64,000 nt of DNA from Thermodesulfovibrio sp. (lineage in GTDB: Bacteria; Nitrospirota; Thermodesulfovibrionia; UBA6902): the NCBI GenBank assembly GCA_026982355.1, contig JALSHG010000012.1, forward strand, positions 30,579 to 94,578. Reading direction: 5' to 3'. The notes beneath the pieces are model-generated. The model worked only from the letters and a program-made list of their open reading frames with translations. It had not been told where the DNA came from and ran no database searches. A program made the position numbers and the translations under genes. Below are positions 54,656-64,000 of this stretch, one piece after another. Numbering within the stretch: position 1 is the first letter of the stretch; every line of letters begins with the position of its first letter.

Positions 54656-56488
54656 ATGTGCGGAATAATCGGTTATATCGGGAACAAAAACGCCATACCG
54701 ATACTCATAAACGGGCTGAAAAGGCTCGAGTACCGCGGGTATGATTCCGCGGGGATATCGTTTATCGGGAGCAACGGCATAGGGGTGAGACGCTGTGCGG
54801 GAAAGATAAGAGACCTCGAAAGCTCCATACGGGGGCAGAGGCTCAGGGGTATCATAGGCGTGGGTCATACGAGGTGGGCGACGCACGGCAAACCCTCGGA
54901 GAGAAACGCCCACCCGCACAGGGCGGGCGGCATCGTGGTGGTGCATAACGGCATCATAGAGAACTATTTCGAGCTCAGGGAAGCATTGAAAAAAAACGGG
55001 CATGTCTTTACCTCGGAGACCGATACCGAGGTCATCTGCCACCTCATATTCAGCTATACCCAGAAAGGCCTCGGCATCGAGGAGGCGACAAAAAAGGCCC
55101 TGAAACACCTGCAGGGCGCCTATGCGGTCGGCATCATAAGCGAAAGCGAGCCCGACAGGCTTGTGGCGGTGAAAAACGACAGCCCCCTCGTCATAGGCAT
55201 GGGACGCGGAGAGTATTTTATTGCATCCGATATCCCGGCCTTTCTCAGATACACAAAAGACGTGATAATCCTCGACAACGGCGAAATGGCGACAATCACG
55301 CGCAACGGGGTTGAAATATCCGATGTCTTCAGGGACAGGCCGGTGAAAAAAAAGCCCGTGCGGATAACCTGGAGCCCGTCCATGGCGGAAAAGGGCGGAT
55401 ACAGGCACTTCATGCTGAAAGAAATATACGAACAGCCGCGGGCGATCGCCGATACCATCAGGGGCAGGCTGTCGCTTGAAAAGGCCGAGGTGAACCTCGA
55501 TGAGTTCTCACTGAAAGAGCCCCTGCTTAAAAAGCTGAACAAGATTTTCCTTGTCGCCTGCGGCACGTCCTGGCATGCGGCGCTTGTCGGCAAATACATG
55601 ATTGAAGACATGGCGCGGGTGCCGTGCGAGGTCGACATTGCATCGGAATTCAGGTACAGGAAACCGATCATACCCCGCGGGAGCCTTGTCATCGTCATCA
55701 CCCAGTCCGGTGAGACGGCGGATACACTGGCCGCCCAGAGGGAGGCCAAAAGGCTCGGCGCCAAGGTCCTCAGCATCTGCAATGTAATAGGCAGCACTTC
55801 CCCGAGGGAGGCGGACGGGGTGTTTTTCACACACTCCGGACCCGAGATCGGCGTTGCATCAACAAAGGCCTTCACGACCCAGCTTACGGCGCTTTACCTT
55901 TTCTCGATCGCCCTTGCAAAGGTCAGGGGGGCGCTCACGGCCGGCGCCGTCAGGGAGCTGTTCACCGACCTCCTTCAGTTGCCTGAAAAGGTCGAGGAGG
56001 CCCTCCGCGTCAATGACGCAATCGTGAAAATAGCAAGGAAATTCCGCCACGTACGGGATTTCCTCTATCTCGGCAGGGGCATAAATTATCCCATAGCCCT
56101 CGAAGGCGCCCTGAAACTGAAGGAGATTTCATACATACACGCCGAAGGCTATCCCGCCGGAGAGATGAAACACGGGCCCATAGCGCTCATTGACAACAAC
56201 ATGCCGGTGCTTGCCCTGGCCCCTGACGACAGTGTGCTTGAGAAGATAATCTCAAACATGGAAGAGGTCAGAACGAGAGGCGGCAAGGTCATCGCGGTTG
56301 CATCAGAAGGCAACAGCAAGGTCCTCGCGCGCGCGTCGCATACATTATTAATGCCCAGGACGAATTATTATCTCACCCCCGTCATCTTTGCGATTCCCCT
56401 CCACCTGCTGGCCTATCACATGGCGGTCCTGAGAAAGTGCAATGTGGACCAGCCCAGAAACCTTGCAAAGAGCGTCACCGTTGAATAG
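54656..56488 (+). CDS. glmS: Glutamine--fructose-6-phosphate aminotransferase
   Basis: 610 aa; N-terminal MCGIIGY (Ntn Cys) and two SIS domains. Confidence 0.95.
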   Translation: MCGIIGYIGNKNAIPILINGLKRLEYRGYDSAGISFIGSNGIGVRRCAGKIRDLESSIRGQRLRGIIGVGHTRWATHGKPSERNAHPHRAGGIVVVHNGIIENYFELREALKKNGHVFTSETDTEVICHLIFSYTQKGLGIEEATKKALKHLQGAYAVGIISESEPDRLVAVKNDSPLVIGMGRGEYFIASDIPAFLRYTKDVIILDNGEMATITRNGVEISDVFRDRPVKKKPVRITWSPSMAEKGGYRHFMLKEIYEQPRAIADTIRGRLSLEKAEVNLDEFSLKEPLLKKLNKIFLVACGTSWHAALVGKYMIEDMARVPCEVDIASEFRYRKPIIPRGSLVIVITQSGETADTLAAQREAKRLGAKVLSICNVIGSTSPREADGVFFTHSGPEIGVASTKAFTTQLTALYLFSIALAKVRGALTAGAVRELFTDLLQLPEKVEEALRVNDAIVKIARKFRHVRDFLYLGRGINYPIALEGALKLKEISYIHAEGYPAGEMKHGPIALIDNNMPVLALAPDDSVLEKIISNMEEVRTRGGKVIAVASEGNSKVLARASHTLLMPRTNYYLTPVIFAIPLHLLAYHMAVLRKCNVDQPRNLAKSVTVE

Positions 56489-56650
56489 CAAGGCTATAAA
56501 AATTAGAAATGTCACGATAAACAGGTAGCCGTACGCGGTTTTATTTGATATAATAAATATTTAAGGGTTAGCTGACTATAAAATTTATTATATTGCAGGT
56601 TCTTCCCGCAGTTTGTTTTCATTTGCAGATCAACTGAACACGGGGGCGGA

Positions 56651-58759
56651 ATGACCAGACACGCATTGCTGAACGAGCTCAATCAACAGCAGAAAGACGC
56701 CGTAATCCACGAGACCGGGCCTCTGCTTGTCCTTGCGGGCGCAGGAAGCGGCAAGACAAAGGTAATCACCCACAGATTCGCATATCTTGCCGCGGCGCAC
56801 AAGGTCTCGCCTTCATCCATCCTTGCCATGACCTTTACAAACAAGGCCGCGGAAGAGATGAAGACGAGAATCGCGGATCTCACCGGCAGGAACACAAACG
56901 GGTTGTGGATCGGCACGTTCCATTCCCTGTCGGCCCGCATACTCAGGAGGGACATCGACAGGCTCGGATACGGAAGGGATTTCTGTATCTACGACGACGG
57001 CGACTCAGGCAACCTCATACGCTCAATCCTGAAGGAATTCAAGATACACGAGGCCCTGTACAAGGGCATCCTGTCGAAGATATCGTCCCTCAAGGCGTCC
57101 CTTGTAGGCCCGGAGGAACTCCTCGCCAATGAAGACAGTTACGGCTTTGACGAAAAGTTCGCCAGGGTCTACGTGCAGTACCAGGAGGAATTAAAGAGAA
57201 ACAATGCTCTTGATTTCGACGACCTGATAATGTGCACGGTAAGGCTCTGTGAGGAACATCCCGATATCCTGAAAAAATACCAGGAGGCATTCTCGCACAT
57301 AATGATTGATGAATTCCAGGATACGAACGCCTCGCAGTACAGGTTGTCGAAGCTCCTCGCAGCCGCGCACGAGAACATCTGTGTCGTCGGGGACGACGAC
57401 CAGAGCATTTACAAGTTCAGGGGCGCGGAAGTAAGGAACATCCATATGTTCCGGAACGATTTCAGGAAAACAAAGATTATAAGGCTTGAACAGAACTACC
57501 GGTCCACGCAGAACATACTGGATATTGCGGACAGCGTGATCTCGCGCAGCCAGGAGAGAATGCCCAAGAAGCTCTGGACCGACAGGGGCAGGGGCGAGAA
57601 GATATATTACTGCACGACAATCAATGAGAAAGAAGAGGCGCGCTATATAGCTCAGTCGATCAAGGAGCTTTATCTCAAGGGCAAATACTCCTACAGGGAC
57701 ATAGCCGTGCTTTACAGGGTGAACCAGCAGGCCCGCGTCATTGAAGAGGCAATGAGGGAACACGGCCAGCCCTACCGCATATTCGGCGGCACAAGTTTCT
57801 ACCAGAGGAAAGAGGTCAAGGATATCATCTCCTACCTGAAGGTCATTGCCAATCCCGACGATTCCGTAAGCATCAAGAGGATCATCAACTGCCCTCCCCG
57901 GCAGATCGGCGCCGCCACTGTTGCAAGGGTGGAAAACGAGGCGCGCAAAAGGGAAGAGAGCCTTTACATGACCATGAAACATATTGTGGCAAGCAACGGC
58001 TATACCGCCTCATTAAGGGAGAAGCTGCACGGCTTTGTGGAGATTATTGATGAGCTGATCGCCGCCCGGGATGCGGACATCCAGGAACTTATCAGGATGG
58101 TCTTTGAGAAAACGGATTACCTCAGGTGGGCGGGAGAAGAAAGGGCCGCCAACCTGATGGAGCTGGCGGGCTCGGCAGCGGGCAAGGACCTGAGGAGTTT
58201 TCTCGACACCGCATCGCTGTTCAGCGGCCTTGATGAAACCCATGATGAAGACGCAGTCTCCCTCATGACGCTTCACAGCGCCAAGGGGCTTGAGTTCCCG
58301 GTGGTCTTCATCGCCGGCATCGAGGACGGGCTCATGCCGCATTTCCATGCTGTCAAAGACCCTGATGAACTCGAGGAAGAGCGCAGGCTCTTTTATGTGG
58401 GCATTACAAGGGCGCAGGACATGCTTGTCATGTCCGCGGCCAAGAAGCGCAGGCTCTACACTTCCGTGCAGGAGCAGCAGCCGTCGAGGTTCCTCGCCGA
58501 CATACCGCCGGGATGCTATCACTGCATCGAGAAACGGCCGAGGGCGGATGCGATTGCAACATCCGCGGTCAAGATGCCCCTGAGCCTGATGAACACATCC
58601 CCATTTGCCGCGGGCGCAAGGGTCAAGCATCCGAAATGGGGGATCGGTGTCGTCCGGGACAGTTACGGCGAGACCGATGATGTAAAGGTCATGGTGAATT
58701 TCTCGTCCGTGGGTATAAAGAGACTCTCCCTCAAGTTTGCAAACCTGGAGAAGATATGA
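56651..58759 (+). CDS. ATP-dependent DNA helicase UvrD/PcrA family
   Basis: 702 aa; Walker A GAGSGKT, UvrD motifs. Confidence 0.9.
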   Translation: MTRHALLNELNQQQKDAVIHETGPLLVLAGAGSGKTKVITHRFAYLAAAHKVSPSSILAMTFTNKAAEEMKTRIADLTGRNTNGLWIGTFHSLSARILRRDIDRLGYGRDFCIYDDGDSGNLIRSILKEFKIHEALYKGILSKISSLKASLVGPEELLANEDSYGFDEKFARVYVQYQEELKRNNALDFDDLIMCTVRLCEEHPDILKKYQEAFSHIMIDEFQDTNASQYRLSKLLAAAHENICVVGDDDQSIYKFRGAEVRNIHMFRNDFRKTKIIRLEQNYRSTQNILDIADSVISRSQERMPKKLWTDRGRGEKIYYCTTINEKEEARYIAQSIKELYLKGKYSYRDIAVLYRVNQQARVIEEAMREHGQPYRIFGGTSFYQRKEVKDIISYLKVIANPDDSVSIKRIINCPPRQIGAATVARVENEARKREESLYMTMKHIVASNGYTASLREKLHGFVEIIDELIAARDADIQELIRMVFEKTDYLRWAGEERAANLMELAGSAAGKDLRSFLDTASLFSGLDETHDEDAVSLMTLHSAKGLEFPVVFIAGIEDGLMPHFHAVKDPDELEEERRLFYVGITRAQDMLVMSAAKKRRLYTSVQEQQPSRFLADIPPGCYHCIEKRPRADAIATSAVKMPLSLMNTSPFAAGARVKHPKWGIGVVRDSYGETDDVKVMVNFSSVGIKRLSLKFANLEKI

Positions 58760-59031
58760 TGGACATCGACCACGTTGCAGCACTTGCGCGTCTTAAACTG
58801 ACGGACAGGGAAAAAGAGATTTTTTCACGGCAGGTCGTCGATATAATCAGATACATAGACAAATTAAATGAACTTGATACCTCGGGCATAGAGCCCACCG
58901 CCCATGTGCTCCCCATGAAAAACATCTTCAGGGAAGATGAAATCCGGGCTTCCCTGCCCCGTGACAGCGCCCTGCGGAACGCCCCTGAAAGGGACGGCGG
59001 CTTCTACAGGGTGCCCAGGATTATCGAATAA
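58756..59031 (+). CDS. gatC: Glu/Asp-tRNA amidotransferase subunit C
   Basis: 91 aa; GatC-like sequence, overlaps helicase stop. Confidence 0.8.
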   Translation: MMDIDHVAALARLKLTDREKEIFSRQVVDIIRYIDKLNELDTSGIEPTAHVLPMKNIFREDEIRASLPRDSALRNAPERDGGFYRVPRIIE

Positions 59032-59066
59032 AACACATTGATTTGCTGTCCTGAAATCGGATAGTA

Positions 59067-59138
59067 TAACCTTAAAGTTGCATAAACGGGCAGGGGAGTC
59101 CGCCGGTATTTTATGCAGACGCAGGGTAAGGTTAAGGA
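59067..59138. repeat. Full-length copy of the same element (AACCTTAAAGTTGCATAAACGGGCAGGGGAGTCCGCCGGTATTTTATGCAGACGCAGGGTAAGGTT)
   Basis: Inverted terminal arms plus conserved GCAGGGGAGTCCGCCGG core, between gatC and panD. Confidence 0.8.
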
Positions 59139-59183
59139 TGAATTTGATTATTGGATTGGATTATTGGATGTTGAGAGGAGTTT

Positions 59184-59537
59184 GTGATGCTGAGATGCAT
59201 GCTGAGGGCTAAAATCCACCAGGCGACCGTCACCGATGCCGACATAGCCTACGAGGGAAGCCTGACGGTCGATGAGAAACTGCTTGACGCCACAGGCATA
59301 AGGCCCTACGAGCAGGTGATGGTCAGCAATATGAACAACGGCGAGCGCTTTGAGACATATGTGATCCCCGGAGAAAGGGATTCCGGCGTCATCTGCCTCA
59401 ACGGCCCTGCTGCAAGAAAGGGTACAAAAGGGGACGTGATCGTTATTTTCGCTTATTCATACTATGATGAAAAAGAGACGGAAGATTTCTCCCCTGTGAT
59501 CATAAGGCTGGATGAGAAAAACAGGATAATCGGGTAA
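59184..59537 (+). CDS. panD: Aspartate 1-decarboxylase (pyruvoyl-dependent)
   Basis: MLRAKIHQATVTDADIAYEGS matches PanD N-terminus; true start may be the internal Met at ~59199. Confidence 0.9.
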   Translation: MMLRCMLRAKIHQATVTDADIAYEGSLTVDEKLLDATGIRPYEQVMVSNMNNGERFETYVIPGERDSGVICLNGPAARKGTKGDVIVIFAYSYYDEKETEDFSPVIIRLDEKNRIIG

Positions 59538-59639
59538 TCCTTCAGCCGTAACGTTTTACTTCTTCACCAATTCTTGCTTAAACAATGTCAAAAAGTATAT
59601 TATTTCATTAATCCTGCACCGCAAGGGAGGTGAGACGGA

Positions 59640-59840
59640 ATGCCTGTGGTGAAGGTCAAGGCAAACGAGTCTTTTGAACATGCTCTCCGCAAATTCAAAA
59701 AGCAGTGTGAAAGGGAAGGTATCATCTCCGAGGTGAAGAAGAGAGAGCATTATGATAAACCGAGCGTAAAAAGAAAAAAGAAGGCTATCGCGGCCAGGAA
59801 AAAAGCCGCCAAAAAATCCAGGATGATGTCATCGAGGTAG
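59640..59840 (+). CDS. rpsU: 30S ribosomal protein S21
   Basis: 66 aa; [21 protein letters not shown]. Confidence 0.92.
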   Translation: MPVVKVKANESFEHALRKFKKQCEREGIISEVKKREHYDKPSVKRKKKAIAARKKAAKKSRMMSSR

Positions 59841-59843
59841 GGA

Positions 59844-60290
59844 ATGTCCATATCCGGAAGAATTGAAGATGATCTCAGGAATGCCCTGAAATCAGGCGAC
59901 AAGAACAGGGTCTCCGTGCTGAGGATGATCAAATCGGCCGTTAAAAACAGGGAGATCGAAAAAGGCGCGCCTCCCACTGACGAGGATGTTCAGGCGGTGC
60001 TGATGTCCTTTGCGAAAAAGGCGAACGAGTCCATCGGGCAGTTCTCAAAGGCCGGCAGGACGGACCTCGCCGAAAAGGAAATGGCGGAGCTGGCCGTTGT
60101 CCGGCAGTACCTGCCGGAGCAGCTCGATGAGGACCGTATCAGGAAAATCGTCGGGGAAACGATTGAAGAAACAGGGGCGGCAGGCGTTAAAGACATGGGC
60201 AGGGTGATGAAGGCCGTTATGGCAAAAATCAGAGGACAGGCTGACGGCAGGCTTGTCAACAACATCGTCAGAAAGATGCTGGAGGCTTAA
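59844..60290 (+). CDS. yqeY: GatB/YqeY-domain protein
   Basis: 148 aa; follows rpsU as in many bacteria. Confidence 0.8.
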   Translation: MSISGRIEDDLRNALKSGDKNRVSVLRMIKSAVKNREIEKGAPPTDEDVQAVLMSFAKKANESIGQFSKAGRTDLAEKEMAELAVVRQYLPEQLDEDRIRKIVGETIEETGAAGVKDMGRVMKAVMAKIRGQADGRLVNNIVRKMLEA

Positions 60291-61250
60291 ATGAAACTGA
60301 GGAAGCTTTACGAGACCGTTGTTGCAAAGGGTATCGACGCGGATCCGCGCGGCAGGGAGGCGGTTCTGAAGTCGCTTGAGAAAAAGAAAAAGGCCTACGG
60401 GGAAATGAAAGAAGAGGACCGGGAGTTCTTTGATACGGAGAGCCTGACCAATCCGTATGCGGATACGAGGATACTCTACGGCACGGGCGAGGAGGAGATA
60501 GAGACCGTCCTCGTGGGCATTGACATGGAGATGGGGGAAATCCTGCTCGCCGACAGGCTGTCCCAGAAAGGTCGGAAGATCGATCTTGTGATAGCCCACC
60601 ATCCCGAGGGAAAGGCATATGCCAACTTTTACGAAGTCATGCATATGCAGGCCGACATACTCAAAAAGTTCGGCGTGCCCATAAACATTGCGGAAGACCT
60701 TCTTGAAGGCAGGATCAAGGAGGTCCGGAGGAGGCTTGCCCCGGTAAACCATACGAGGGCCTCGGACATGGCCCGGCTGCTGGACATACCGTTTATGTGC
60801 ATGCATACGCCCGCGGACAACATGGTGGCCGGCCATCTCCAGAAGACCCTTGACGAAAAGGCCCCGGACACACTCGGAGACATCCTGAAAATCCTGAAGG
60901 AAATCCCCGAGTACCGCGAGGCCGCCAAGAACAATGCGGGCCCGCATATCCTCCTGGGCTCGGAGGGCAGGAGCGCGGGAAGGATATTCGTGGACATGAC
61001 GGGGGGCACCGAGGGCGCCAAGGATATCTTCGAGAGCATCGCCAATTCCGGGATAAACACGATTGTGGCAATGCACCTCAGCGAGGACCACAGGGAAAAG
61101 GCTGAAAAGCATCACGTCAATGTCGTAATCGCCGGGCACATCTCAAGCGACAATCTCGGCATAAACCTGATGCTTGACGAGCTTCAGGAAAAAGGGGGGC
61201 TGGAAGTAATAGCATGCTCCGGTTTCAGAAGATTCAGCAGGAAGAAGTAG
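60291..61250 (+). CDS. Nif3-family dinuclear-metal-centre protein (YqfO/YbgI-like), assignment tentative
   Basis: 319 aa; AHHP, HTPAD, AGH motifs resembling Nif3 metal ligands; location upstream of dnaG as for B. subtilis yqfO. Confidence 0.55.
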   Translation: MKLRKLYETVVAKGIDADPRGREAVLKSLEKKKKAYGEMKEEDREFFDTESLTNPYADTRILYGTGEEEIETVLVGIDMEMGEILLADRLSQKGRKIDLVIAHHPEGKAYANFYEVMHMQADILKKFGVPINIAEDLLEGRIKEVRRRLAPVNHTRASDMARLLDIPFMCMHTPADNMVAGHLQKTLDEKAPDTLGDILKILKEIPEYREAAKNNAGPHILLGSEGRSAGRIFVDMTGGTEGAKDIFESIANSGINTIVAMHLSEDHREKAEKHHVNVVIAGHISSDNLGINLMLDELQEKGGLEVIACSGFRRFSRKK

Positions 61251-61260
61251 AGCGGGAGAC

Positions 61261-62961
61261 ATGCCGTTCAGCGACAGGGTCCTCGATGAAATCAGGGACA
61301 GGATAGATATTGTCGACCTTGTATCCGACTATGTCCACCTGAAAAAAACCGGGCGGAACTGGAAGGGCCTCTGTCCGTTCCACAGTGAAAAAACCCCGTC
61401 TTTCACCGTAAGCCCGGAGAAACAGATATTCCACTGCTTCGGCTGCGGAAGCGGCGGGGACATCTTCACCTTCCTCGCGCGTTATGAGAATCTCACATTC
61501 CCCGAGGCCCTGAGAATGCTCGCCGCAAGGGCGGGGGTCACCCTTGAGCAGACGCAGCAGTCCGCTTCAAGGGCGGGGGAAAAGGAGACCCTGCTCGATA
61601 TGCACAGGGACGCCCTCGAATTCTTCCGGCGCAATCTCGCAGGGAATCGGAGGGCCGCGGAATACCTCGGATCACGGGGAATAGGCGCCGAGGCGCGGGA
61701 GGCGTTCTCCCTGGGCTATGCCCCGAAATCGTGGAACGGGCTGCTGTCATATCTCGGCCGCAAGGGCTACAAACCCGAGGCCGTCAATAAGGCAGGCCTT
61801 GCCGCAAAAGGGCGTGGAGGTTATTACGATACCTTCAGAGACAGGATCATATTCCCGATTCATGACCTCAAGGGGGATGTGGTCGCCTTCGGCGGCAGGT
61901 CGATAGACGACGGTTCCGGACCAAAGTACTTAAATTCCCCGGAGACCCCTATTTTCAACAAGCGCAGGGTTCTTTACGGCCTTCACCGGGCAAAGAATTT
62001 TATAAAGGAAACCGGCAAGGCGCTGTTCATGGAAGGGTATCTCGATGTCATAAGCGCCCATGTTCATGATTTCCCGATCGCGGTCGCGCCGCTCGGAACG
62101 GCCTTCACACAGGAGCACGGGAAGCTGATAAAGAGGTTCACCGGGAATGTGATCATTGTCTTTGACAGCGACCCCGCGGGGATAAAGGCGGCCAAAAACG
62201 CCGCCGGCATACTCTTTGAGAGCGGGCTTGACGTCAGGGTGCTCTCCCTGCCCGCTGGGGAAGACCCCGACGGTTTCCTGAGAAACAGGGGGAGGGAGGC
62301 CTTCGCCGGGCTCCTCGATCATCCCCTGTCCATCATTGAATTCTACATGATGCAGGGCGGTGACGAACGCCTGACGGCGCGCGAGGCCATAGAGACGATC
62401 TCCAGGGTGCGGGACAGGGTCCTGCAGGGCGGGTATGTGAAAATGCTTTCGGAAAAGCTCGGAATCAACGAGGTCTTCGTCATGGAAGAACTCCGTAAAA
62501 AGACCGGGGGGACGGGGAAGAGATACAGGACGCCGGCCGCAGGGGCGGAGGCACGGCCGGCGCCACGCCCCCTTTATGAGGAATATATCATCCGGATACT
62601 CCTGCAGATGCCCGAAAAAGCCGGTGAGATATTCGGCGCTGTTTCGGAAGATGACTTCAGGGATGAGGCTGCAAGGGGGATATTCAGGAAGATCAGGGAA
62701 GGGACACACGGGCTGAACGAACTGGTATCAAGGTGCGGCGACAGTGAAAGGGACCTTCTGACCCGGATATCGCTTGCAGATGACTTCGAGGAACCTGAAA
62801 AGGTGCTCAGCGACTGCATAAAGAGACTGAAAGACAACAAGCGCAGGCTACTGCTGCTGGAGATTCAGAAAAAGATAAAAGACGCGGAGCAGAAAAAGGA
62901 CCTTGATCTTCTGAGAAACCTGCAGAGGCGGCAGCAGGAAATCCTTTCCCGCCGCTATTGA
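61261..62961 (+). CDS. dnaG: DNA primase
   Basis: 566 aa; zinc-binding CPFHSEKTPSF...CFGCG, TOPRIM domain. Confidence 0.95.
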   Translation: MPFSDRVLDEIRDRIDIVDLVSDYVHLKKTGRNWKGLCPFHSEKTPSFTVSPEKQIFHCFGCGSGGDIFTFLARYENLTFPEALRMLAARAGVTLEQTQQSASRAGEKETLLDMHRDALEFFRRNLAGNRRAAEYLGSRGIGAEAREAFSLGYAPKSWNGLLSYLGRKGYKPEAVNKAGLAAKGRGGYYDTFRDRIIFPIHDLKGDVVAFGGRSIDDGSGPKYLNSPETPIFNKRRVLYGLHRAKNFIKETGKALFMEGYLDVISAHVHDFPIAVAPLGTAFTQEHGKLIKRFTGNVIIVFDSDPAGIKAAKNAAGILFESGLDVRVLSLPAGEDPDGFLRNRGREAFAGLLDHPLSIIEFYMMQGGDERLTAREAIETISRVRDRVLQGGYVKMLSEKLGINEVFVMEELRKKTGGTGKRYRTPAAGAEARPAPRPLYEEYIIRILLQMPEKAGEIFGAVSEDDFRDEAARGIFRKIREGTHGLNELVSRCGDSERDLLTRISLADDFEEPEKVLSDCIKRLKDNKRRLLLLEIQKKIKDAEQKKDLDLLRNLQRRQQEILSRRY

Positions 62962-63005
62962 AAAATAGCCGGTGTCTCTGTTATATTTAATGTTCGGAGG
63001 TTACA

Positions 63006-63212
63006 GTGAAAGAGAAAATTCATCCTGAAATGAAAGAAGTCACGGCCGTATGCGCCTGCGGGGAGTCGTTCACCACCATGTCCACACAGGACTCCATACA
63101 CGTGGATATATGCTCCAAGTGCCATCCGTTCTTCACCGGCAAGCAGAAACTGGTTGACGCTGAAGGAAGGGTCGAAAAATTCAGGAAGAAATACGCCAAA
63201 CACAACAAGTAG
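63006..63212 (+). CDS. rpmE: 50S ribosomal protein L31 (zinc-ribbon type)
   Basis: 68 aa; CxxC...CxxC L31 type. Confidence 0.9.
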   Translation: MKEKIHPEMKEVTAVCACGESFTTMSTQDSIHVDICSKCHPFFTGKQKLVDAEGRVEKFRKKYAKHNK

Positions 63213-63225
63213 CTTTGCTGGAAAA

Positions 63226-63277
63226 GGAAATCACGCGGCTTGTATTTTTATCGGAGATGCGTGGTTTCCTTTTTTAT
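63226..63277 (+). terminator. Candidate rho-independent terminator after rpmE
   Basis: GGAAATCACGC ... GCGTGGTTTCC stem (10/11 bp complementary) followed by TTTTTTAT. Confidence 0.5.
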
Positions 63278-63298
63278 TATGTGGATTTACTATAAGTT

Positions 63299-63346
63299 GC
63301 CTTAATGTTGCACAAGCGGGCGATGTTTTTATGCAACTGCAAGGTG
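63299..63346. repeat. Copy of the element (GCCTTAATGTTGCACAAGCGGGCGATGTTTTTATGCAACTGCAAGG)
   Basis: Between rpmE terminator and DUF1385 gene. Confidence 0.75.
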
Positions 63347-63365
63347 TATTCAAGGAGATGAACAA

Positions 63366-64000
63366 ATGAGCGACGTCGGCGGGCAGGCGGTCATTGAGGG
63401 CGTGATGATGCGGTCGGGCAACGTGTACACGGTCGCTGTCAGGAACCCTGAAAATGAGATCGTTCTCAGGAAGGAAAACATCCGCGAATTGCCCAAACCC
63501 CTGAAATGGCCCCTCGCAAGAGGGGTTGTCGCGCTTGTCCAGGCCCTGTCCATAGGGATAAAGGCCCTCATGTACTCTGCCGGGGCATCCGGGCAGGAGG
63601 AGGAAAAGCCGTCGTCGTTTTCACTGTTCATGACCGTGGCGCTGGCCCTCGTTACAGGCCTCGGCCTGTTCCTGCTGTTTCCCCTGTACGGCACCAGGTT
63701 GCTGGGGGTGATATTTCAGTCGATAAACGAAAGCTCGCTGGTGTTTAATCTCGTGGACGGAATCATCAGGGTGACGGTATTTCTCGCCTACATCCTGCTG
63801 GTACGCATAAGCCGGGACATAAGGAGGGTATTCGAATATCACGGGGCCGAGCACAAGGCCGTCCACGCCTTTGAGGCCGGCGTCGAGCTCACACCCGGGA
63901 ATGCGGACAGATACAGCACCCTGCACCCCCGGTGCGGGACGAGTTTCCTGCTTATCGTGATGATGATGAGCATCCTGATTTTCTCCCTCATCCCGAAGGA
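63366..64000 (+). CDS. DUF1385 (YqhQ-like) membrane protein, 3'-truncated by window edge
   Basis: ORF from ATG 63366 continues through the window end; MSDVGGQAVIEGVMMRS... plus hydrophobic segments. Confidence 0.55.
   Translation, partial: MSDVGGQAVIEGVMMRSGNVYTVAVRNPENEIVLRKENIRELPKPLKWPLARGVVALVQALSIGIKALMYSAGASGQEEEKPSSFSLFMTVALALVTGLGLFLLFPLYGTRLLGVIFQSINESSLVFNLVDGIIRVTVFLAYILLVRISRDIRRVFEYHGAEHKAVHAFEAGVELTPGNADRYSTLHPRCGTSFLLIVMMMSILIFSLIPK

Overview
64 kb chromosomal window from a diderm (Gram-negative-type) bacterium with GC content roughly in the high 50s percent. Phylum is unclear; the gene content (LpxI, GnnA/GnnB-like, 14-subunit nuo, DRTGG/PHP cassette, sulfur-carrier module) would fit a Desulfobacterota/Nitrospirota-like anaerobe or microaerophile, but that is inference. 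The window is mostly core genome. It opens with the 3' end of bamA, then skp-lpxD-fabZ-lpxA-lpxI and a Gfo/Idh/MocA oxidoreductase plus DegT-family aminotransferase pair (candidate GnnA/GnnB). On the minus strand follow mltD-like, topA, dprA, argG, nrdJ (class II RNR) and an MFS transporter. On the plus strand follow a CopB-type P1B ATPase, a tandem zinc-ribbon protein, lipA, a class I aminotransferase, hom, and a sulfur-carrier module (tusA, moeB/thiF, Zn-ribbon ThrC-like, ThiS/MoaD-like carrier, NIL-domain protein, thrC). Next come an M4 protealysin-like protease with a small downstream ORF (emfourin-like by position), yihY, hicAB, and a complete nuoA-N operon on the minus strand with a periplasmic alpha-carbonic anhydrase inserted between nuoL and nuoM. 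Divergent from nuoA is a histidine kinase whose periplasmic domain carries CxxCH heme-c motifs, followed by a CheY-like regulator, DRTGG/GHKL-ATPase/DRTGG/PHP cassette, folK, glmU, glmS, uvrD/pcrA, gatC, panD, rpsU, yqeY, nif3-like, dnaG, rpmE and a partial DUF1385 gene. A dispersed palindromic intergenic repeat family (core TTGCATAAA / TTTATGCAA with AACCTTAAT ends) occurs at least 13 times. No tRNA, rRNA or CRISPR array was found. The large ORFs antisense to these genes are judged spurious.
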